From a virus: 64,000 bases of DNA. The translations under genes were made by a program, and so were the position numbers. Shown in pieces: positions 59,359-64,000 of the stretch (its first letter is position 1; each line of letters starts with the position of its first letter). Location of the stretch: positions 3,520-67,519 of the IMG/VR virus record IMGVR_UViG_3300026097_000020; one strand, given 5' to 3'. The notes under the pieces were generated by a model. It saw nothing but the letters and a program-made list of their open reading frames with translations, searched no databases and was not told the origin of the DNA.

Positions 59359-60078
59359 ATGAAAATAGCTGTTGTCCTACTTACTTGGCAAAGATTAAAC
59401 AATCTAGCATCCACCCTAAACAAGCTTCATAAGCAAAGCTTTAGGGGTTTTGATGTTGTTATCTCTAACGGAAACTTAAAGGATTCAGCAATAGAGCGTA
59501 TAGAATCATATTATAATCATTTTTCTGCCAAGGGTTTATCTATCCAAGTAAGGCACGATGGCAATGAAGAGCAAACATTTAGAAGATTTTATGTTGGTAG
59601 AGATCTTGCTAAAGAAGGATATGACATCGTCATGTTTTTAGACGATGATGTTACTATTCCCACAACATACATAAAGAGATGCCTGGTTCAGTATCAGCCT
59701 CAGACGTATCAGTCTGGTTTTGCCTGGGTATTCCACAATAGAGGCAAAAACTATTATAAGTTTAGAAGCAGGGTATCTAATAACGATAAAGGGGTACACT
59801 ATTGTGGCACAGGATTCTCTATGATAGATGCCTCTATATTTTTAGATGATGCTTTAATTAATGATGCACCTAAAGCGGCACGTACCATTGAAGACCTTTG
59901 GCTTTCTTACTATGTAGCAAATAAAAAAGGTTGGAGTTTGAGATACATGGACACACCAGGAGTCGTTTTGGCTGGTGGCGACAGGGTAGCCCTTTATCGA
60001 CAAGTGCAAAGAGCCGAGATAAACAAATCTGACTTTTTATTACAACTCGTCGAGATGGGCTGGGATCTTCCAGCTTAA
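59359..60078 (+). CDS. glycosyltransferase (GT-A fold, GT2-like)
   Basis: VVLLTWQR, FLDDD, EDLWLS; promoter TGATATAAT at 59336-59344; GAGGAG RBS. Confidence 0.8.
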   Translation: MKIAVVLLTWQRLNNLASTLNKLHKQSFRGFDVVISNGNLKDSAIERIESYYNHFSAKGLSIQVRHDGNEEQTFRRFYVGRDLAKEGYDIVMFLDDDVTIPTTYIKRCLVQYQPQTYQSGFAWVFHNRGKNYYKFRSRVSNNDKGVHYCGTGFSMIDASIFLDDALINDAPKAARTIEDLWLSYYVANKKGWSLRYMDTPGVVLAGGDRVALYRQVQRAEINKSDFLLQLVEMGWDLPA

Positions 60079-60677
60079 ACTGGCTTGATTGCCTTAGCGA
60101 ATACAATCCTAGAAGCCATCTTCGATGCACTAATGATAGCAATTGGTGCGGCAATGCTTAGCACCATACCGCCCCACATGCGTGGCTCTGTCCATGCCCA
60201 CTGCCAGAAATCGAAGGTATGGAATGCGTTAGCAAGCACAGCAATACCACCAAAAGCAATAGTTCCAAAAAGGGCACCATTAGTTTTTTCTGGCTTGCCA
60301 TCAATGTCTACCCTAGATCCTAAGATTAAATAAGCAATTAAAAATAGTAGGTACATCAACTCAATAAAGAAGAAGAATAGCCATGACATCCATGTTTGAG
60401 AAAGACCAACAAAGACAGCTACAGAGGTGATCCCGTTAAAGGAAACAACAGCGGAAGCAATAAAAGCAATAGCGATGCCTACAAGCCAAGACCATAGAAC
60501 AACAGATTGATCGATCTGAATTTTCTTTGCACGTTTACTTTCTTGTGCTTCATAAAGAGCCATTCTATTGTTGTTGATTCTTTCATCTCTTACCTCAGTT
60601 GTGCTCCTTCTAATTCTTCTAGAAAGACCAGACACTGGCTGGCTTGAATCGTATGGGTTACTCATTTTTATCTCCAA
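60075..60677 (-). CDS. 4-TM membrane protein (DUF2637-like)
   Basis: Four hydrophobic helices, SF..I...AN..H...AP pattern. Confidence 0.6.
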   Translation of the reverse strand: MEIKMSNPYDSSQPVSGLSRRIRRSTTEVRDERINNNRMALYEAQESKRAKKIQIDQSVVLWSWLVGIAIAFIASAVVSFNGITSVAVFVGLSQTWMSWLFFFFIELMYLLFLIAYLILGSRVDIDGKPEKTNGALFGTIAFGGIAVLANAFHTFDFWQWAWTEPRMWGGMVLSIAAPIAIISASKMASRIVFAKAIKPV

Positions 60678-60716
60678 ATCGTAGCGATTGTATTAAATTA
60701 AATATATAGTTTCTTA

Positions 60717-61481
60717 CTAGTTGCAACAGTCTTCGCCACAGCATTCTTCCTGTAGCAGTAATTCTTTTGGGTTGCTTCTTATCCCCCTGGCAAGCGGTAC
60801 ACAAGCCTCTCCGCCTTCGTTTACGAGACGATTAAGATCCTCCAAAGTCATTTCTGCAATTCCGTTAATGCCCCAGTCTTCACCCCAAGAGTTCTGTAAG
60901 AAAATTGTTTCTTTACCATCAAACTTTTCAGAAGATGGGTTGTAGCCTATAGCTAGCAAACAGTGTCCACCGACTTTGCTGCCAAAAATTTGCAGCTTTC
61001 CGCCTGGTGCACGATACATCCCCTGGTACCAGTTGACGCCAAGAACAACGGGACCATGAGACATCAATGTGCCTACGATATCATTCACAGAAAATGCCCA
61101 CCGATATTCGTGCAAGATCCCAAGCCCCATCAATACTTTTGCACCTGCAAGCACAGACGTACCTGAGTAGTCCTCTCCAGGCCACTGATCAACCTTTTGT
61201 GCGTTCTTATACACATAGTGTGCAAAATCTGTGGGGTCGTGAGGAACGCCCTTTTTGGTTATATCTGTTAGTTTAATTTGAATAGGGCCAGCCATTGTTT
61301 CTGCTGTCCACCCAAAACCTACACAAGCACCCTCACTCCCTTGATCAATAATAGGACCATTTTTCCACAGGGTAAACTTTAGCTCTTGCTCTCTGGGGAG
61401 TATTGCAGAGACGGGAAATTTCTTAGACCTTTTATCAAAGACTGGTCTCCAGTCAAGAGTTCTTTCAATTGGATTATCCAT
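60717..61481 (-). CDS. papain-like (C1) cysteine peptidase
   Basis: DQGSEGACVGF, GGH, QNSWG.DWG. Confidence 0.88.
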   Translation of the reverse strand: MDNPIERTLDWRPVFDKRSKKFPVSAILPREQELKFTLWKNGPIIDQGSEGACVGFGWTAETMAGPIQIKLTDITKKGVPHDPTDFAHYVYKNAQKVDQWPGEDYSGTSVLAGAKVLMGLGILHEYRWAFSVNDIVGTLMSHGPVVLGVNWYQGMYRAPGGKLQIFGSKVGGHCLLAIGYNPSSEKFDGKETIFLQNSWGEDWGINGIAEMTLEDLNRLVNEGGEACVPLARGIRSNPKELLLQEECCGEDCCN

Positions 61482-62244
61482 TGCTGCTCCTTAAATTAGC
61501 TCTTTCAATTATATACCCTTTTCTTACGTCAGAAAGGTAGCCACTAGCTGAATATTGTTCTAGATCATTGTGAAGGTTTCCTCGCCACTCTCCCTCAGGA
61601 ATTTCCTGGTCACTCCAAACGGGAATAATTTTATCACCAACATCTAAATCATCAAATGGGTCGTTGCCTAGTCTAAGATGCACCTCAATAATGTAGTCTC
61701 CACGCATCTCAATGTTTACGTAGGGCACATAGGGGTCAAACCCTATTATGTCTAACAATCCTGTATCTTCGAAGGGTAGTGCCCAGTCGTGAGGCATCTT
61801 TTCCCACTGCTGAAATCTAGTAAGATTGTCTTCATCGTAATGGTTTCCCAGCAAAACTGATCTTACACGCCAGGACTCGTCAGACCACTGCTGATAGTCG
61901 ATTGATCTGTGATCTCCATTAATCCATTCGCACCAAAAATGTCCAGGAGGAACGACATCATTGTTAATCATTTTGTCATACATTTTTTCTTTATCGTAAT
62001 AAAACTTAGTAGCACCAATTCCCATGCCATAAAGGTTGTATATTGGTCTGTGGATGTACCAACCACTCTCTTTGGGTGCGGTAGCAGCAGGGCCAGCATG
62101 AAGTTCCTGTCGCAAAGCTATTTCCATTTTATTAAATAGCCAACGGTAATGATCTAAGTGGCCATACTTTTCCCACGCCTGAAAATCTTCTTCGACAAAT
62201 CCTTCGAGGGGTACGGGGTTATTCTCTTTCATGATCTTTGTCAA
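61474..62244 (-). CDS. ATP-grasp-like protein
   Basis: RP..N..GMGIG, FWCEWI.G.H.SIDY, NIEM...IIEVHLR. Confidence 0.55.
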   Translation of the reverse strand: MTKIMKENNPVPLEGFVEEDFQAWEKYGHLDHYRWLFNKMEIALRQELHAGPAATAPKESGWYIHRPIYNLYGMGIGATKFYYDKEKMYDKMINNDVVPPGHFWCEWINGDHRSIDYQQWSDESWRVRSVLLGNHYDEDNLTRFQQWEKMPHDWALPFEDTGLLDIIGFDPYVPYVNIEMRGDYIIEVHLRLGNDPFDDLDVGDKIIPVWSDQEIPEGEWRGNLHNDLEQYSASGYLSDVRKGYIIERANLRSSNG

Positions 62245-62359
62245 TGTCCCACCACTCTACATCCTCATTTACATTTACATTATCTTTTTCGAAAGCGGAG
62301 TGCCCCAAATTAAGCCACACCGATTCGTTATAGTCATCGATACCATCTGGTTTATTCAT
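62219..62359 (-). CDS. hypothetical acidic peptide (46 aa)
   Basis: Short ORF filling the gap and overlapping both neighbours. Confidence 0.4.
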   Translation of the reverse strand: MNKPDGIDDYNESVWLNLGHSAFEKDNVNVNEDVEWWDIDKDHERE

Positions 62360-62534
62360 TATCTGGATCCCACACTCCTGTCCTATCGTCTTTAATTAAA
62401 TCAAGAAAGGTTTCGTCAAGTACGTAAAGGTCACAATACTTGTCAGCTTGATTTAAAAAGAATGTCCCAATGTATGAGCAAGCATTACCATATGCCCTAA
62501 GAATGGGATTGTTGGTTTGTCTCTCTCGTTTCAC
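62352..62534 (-). CDS. hypothetical protein
   Basis: 60-aa ORF with AGGAGG RBS on the minus strand. Confidence 0.55.
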   Translation of the reverse strand: MKRERQTNNPILRAYGNACSYIGTFFLNQADKYCDLYVLDETFLDLIKDDRTGVWDPDNE

Positions 62535-62543
62535 GATACCCTC

Positions 62544-62939
62544 CTAGTTAAAGTATACCCTGCTTGGATTGTGTTGTAAAGTCCACATATTACGAAGATC
62601 TGGGAGATCTTTCGGATGTACTGTTGGAATACCCAGCTCCATGTATTTGTCTCTGGCCTTACCGCTGTTGTCAATAGCAAGGGTAACGATATTTCGAAGA
62701 TCTCTAGCCACATCCTGTTTAAAAGCCTCATCGTCATACTCACGAGGATTCATGTAAAGTCTTTCAAAGTGTACTCCTGCGGATTGCAGCTCACGAATTA
62801 CATCAAACTTTTCAGAAATATGGCGACCAGTTACCACGTAGATTTCGTCGGGGACCCCGTTAATATAACTAATAGTTTTATCAACAGTGGTACCATCCTT
62901 GTTAATGATGGTTCCTGTAAAATCTACAATAATAGCCAT
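62544..62939 (-). CDS. HAD-family phosphatase (PNKP phosphatase-like)
   Basis: IVDFTGT, VTGR, LYM, FK, AIDN; minus-strand TGCTATAAT at 62945-62953. Confidence 0.7.
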   Translation of the reverse strand: MAIIVDFTGTIINKDGTTVDKTISYINGVPDEIYVVTGRHISEKFDVIRELQSAGVHFERLYMNPREYDDEAFKQDVARDLRNIVTLAIDNSGKARDKYMELGIPTVHPKDLPDLRNMWTLQHNPSRVYFN

Positions 62940-62956
62940 AGTTAATTATAGCATTA

Positions 62957-63097
62957 TTATGGACCAGACTTACGAATCTCTCCGATAAGCTTTTCTCTAG
63001 CACTCTCATCGTAAAAGATCGTTGCTGCCATCTGATTGATTAGCTTAATGATACGCTCCTGTTCGTAAAGAGCTGCTTGTGTTTCTTTGTCTGCCAT
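62957..63097 (-). CDS. hypothetical protein (46 aa)
   Basis: MADKETQAALYEQERIIKLI...; coupled to the upstream stop. Confidence 0.5.
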   Translation of the reverse strand: MADKETQAALYEQERIIKLINQMAATIFYDESAREKLIGEIRKSGP

Positions 63098-63270
63098 TAG
63101 TCTGCCTTTTCTAGTTTGTCAATTGCCTTTTTGAAATGATTGGCAAGATTTTTATTGTTGCTTTCTTTCAAAAAGTCGTATGCTGCTTTTAGTTCTGCCA
63201 TTGCCTGCTCCTTATTGTCAGAGTCAATGCCCTCAATCATTTTCATCCAAATTTCTTCATTCTTGCTCAT
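63097..63270 (-). CDS. hypothetical protein (57 aa)
   Basis: GAGGAG RBS; MSKNEEIWMKMIEG... Confidence 0.5.
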   Translation of the reverse strand: MSKNEEIWMKMIEGIDSDNKEQAMAELKAAYDFLKESNNKNLANHFKKAIDKLEKAD

Positions 63271-63272
63271 GC

Positions 63273-63500
63273 TTATCGCTCCTCGTGTGATAGCTTTAGT
63301 GTAATTCCCCCACCATCGGCATCATCTGCCGCCACAGTGTTAAACTCCGGACTTGCAATTAAATCTTCGGGTGTGAGAGTTACTTCTCCACCCATCTTTG
63401 CAACAAGAGAAAAAATAATTGCTGTTTGTTCTTGCAACCTTTGCTCATACATTCCTAATGCCTGCTCAAAGGTTACTTCTGGTTGTGCTTCTTCTGTCAT
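63273..63500 (-). CDS. hypothetical protein
   Basis: ATGA-coupled ORF starting MTEEAQ. Confidence 0.55.
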   Translation of the reverse strand: MTEEAQPEVTFEQALGMYEQRLQEQTAIIFSLVAKMGGEVTLTPEDLIASPEFNTVAADDADGGGITLKLSHEER

Positions 63501-63793
63501 TTCCCTATCCATTTCGTAATTTGTTGTGTTGTAACTTCAAAGATATCAGCCATTTCTTTTTTAGTAAAACTACCGAAAGACATAGCTTTCATTATTCTTA
63601 CTTTACATTGTAGCTCAACTTTGCTCATTTTGTCAATTGTTGCTTTTCTCTCTGCAGCAATTTCCTTTAGCGACGCCAATGTAAGATCTTGAATGCGGAG
63701 CTCCAACATTTCCTGATCGATCTGAGCAAGCTTTTCTGGACTAATCTCATCCATCTTAACCTTCATTATCTCTTCCTTGGTTTTCCTTTTCAT
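63497..63793 (-). CDS. HTH DNA-binding protein
   Basis: C-terminal TKKEMADIFEVTTQQITKW HTH. Confidence 0.65.
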   Translation of the reverse strand: MKRKTKEEIMKVKMDEISPEKLAQIDQEMLELRIQDLTLASLKEIAAERKATIDKMSKVELQCKVRIMKAMSFGSFTKKEMADIFEVTTQQITKWIGK

Positions 63794-63998
63794 TATCCCT
63801 TCCTTCCTTTCTTGCTAAATCTTTTTCAAGCTTTGCGATACGCTTTCGTAATACATCGACGGTAGTGTCTAAAGACTCCACCCTTTCCTGTGCACGTTGG
63901 TATCTATACAGCAAACCACCTTTATAATCATCGAAGCCGAAGACCATAAACCATAACTCTTTGTATGATTTAGTCTTCCACCTCTTAATCCATCTCAT
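63756..63998 (-). CDS. hypothetical coiled-coil protein (start may lie outside the window)
   Basis: ORF-track call at the window edge. Confidence 0.45.
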   Translation of the reverse strand: MRWIKRWKTKSYKELWFMVFGFDDYKGGLLYRYQRAQERVESLDTTVDVLRKRIAKLEKDLARKEGRDNEKENQGRDNEG

Positions 63999-64000
63999 TG

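Overview
The whole window is a 64-kb segment of a large, tailed dsDNA phage, probably lytic (no integrase or repressor seen) and probably siphovirus-like. The host is very likely an actinobacterium: the phage carries WhiB, an FmdB-type zinc ribbon, actinobacterial-type class Ib NrdHIEF, and many leaderless promoters. Gene order: head module (portal, protease/scaffold, major capsid, neck; 0.7-8.1 kb); tail module (tube, two paralogous assembly chaperones, 3053-aa tape measure, baseplate proteins; 8.2-27.6 kb); replication and recombination (DnaB, DnaG, SSB, DnaE, RecA, nucleases; 27.6-39.4 kb); nucleotide metabolism and terminase (39.7-47.1 kb); an RNA-gene island (8 tRNAs, a broken tRNA-Asn half plus HNH, an unexplained pseudoknotted RNA; 47.4-49.1 kb); ThyX, NrdH and lysis genes (49.6-53 kb); and accessory genes including a second small structured RNA, a reduced tmRNA, glycosyltransferases and a papain-like protease (53-64 kb). 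Most unusual observations: (1) a ~137-nt kissing-loop RNA between tRNA-Gly and tRNA-Asp; (2) an HNH cassette that appears to have broken a tRNA-Asn at its anticodon, reuses that site as its promoter, and sits before a second, diverged tRNA-Asn; (3) a leaderless aromatic-rich 20-aa peptide directly upstream of tRNA-Trp and tRNA-Tyr; (4) duplicated tail chaperones that may replace the usual G/GT frameshift; (5) a 243-nt minimal tmRNA; (6) a promoter-driven 73-nt RNA; (7) a possible capsid polyprotein cut at the same K-A/S sites as the scaffold. All calls come from reading motifs and base pairs by eye; no database search was run.
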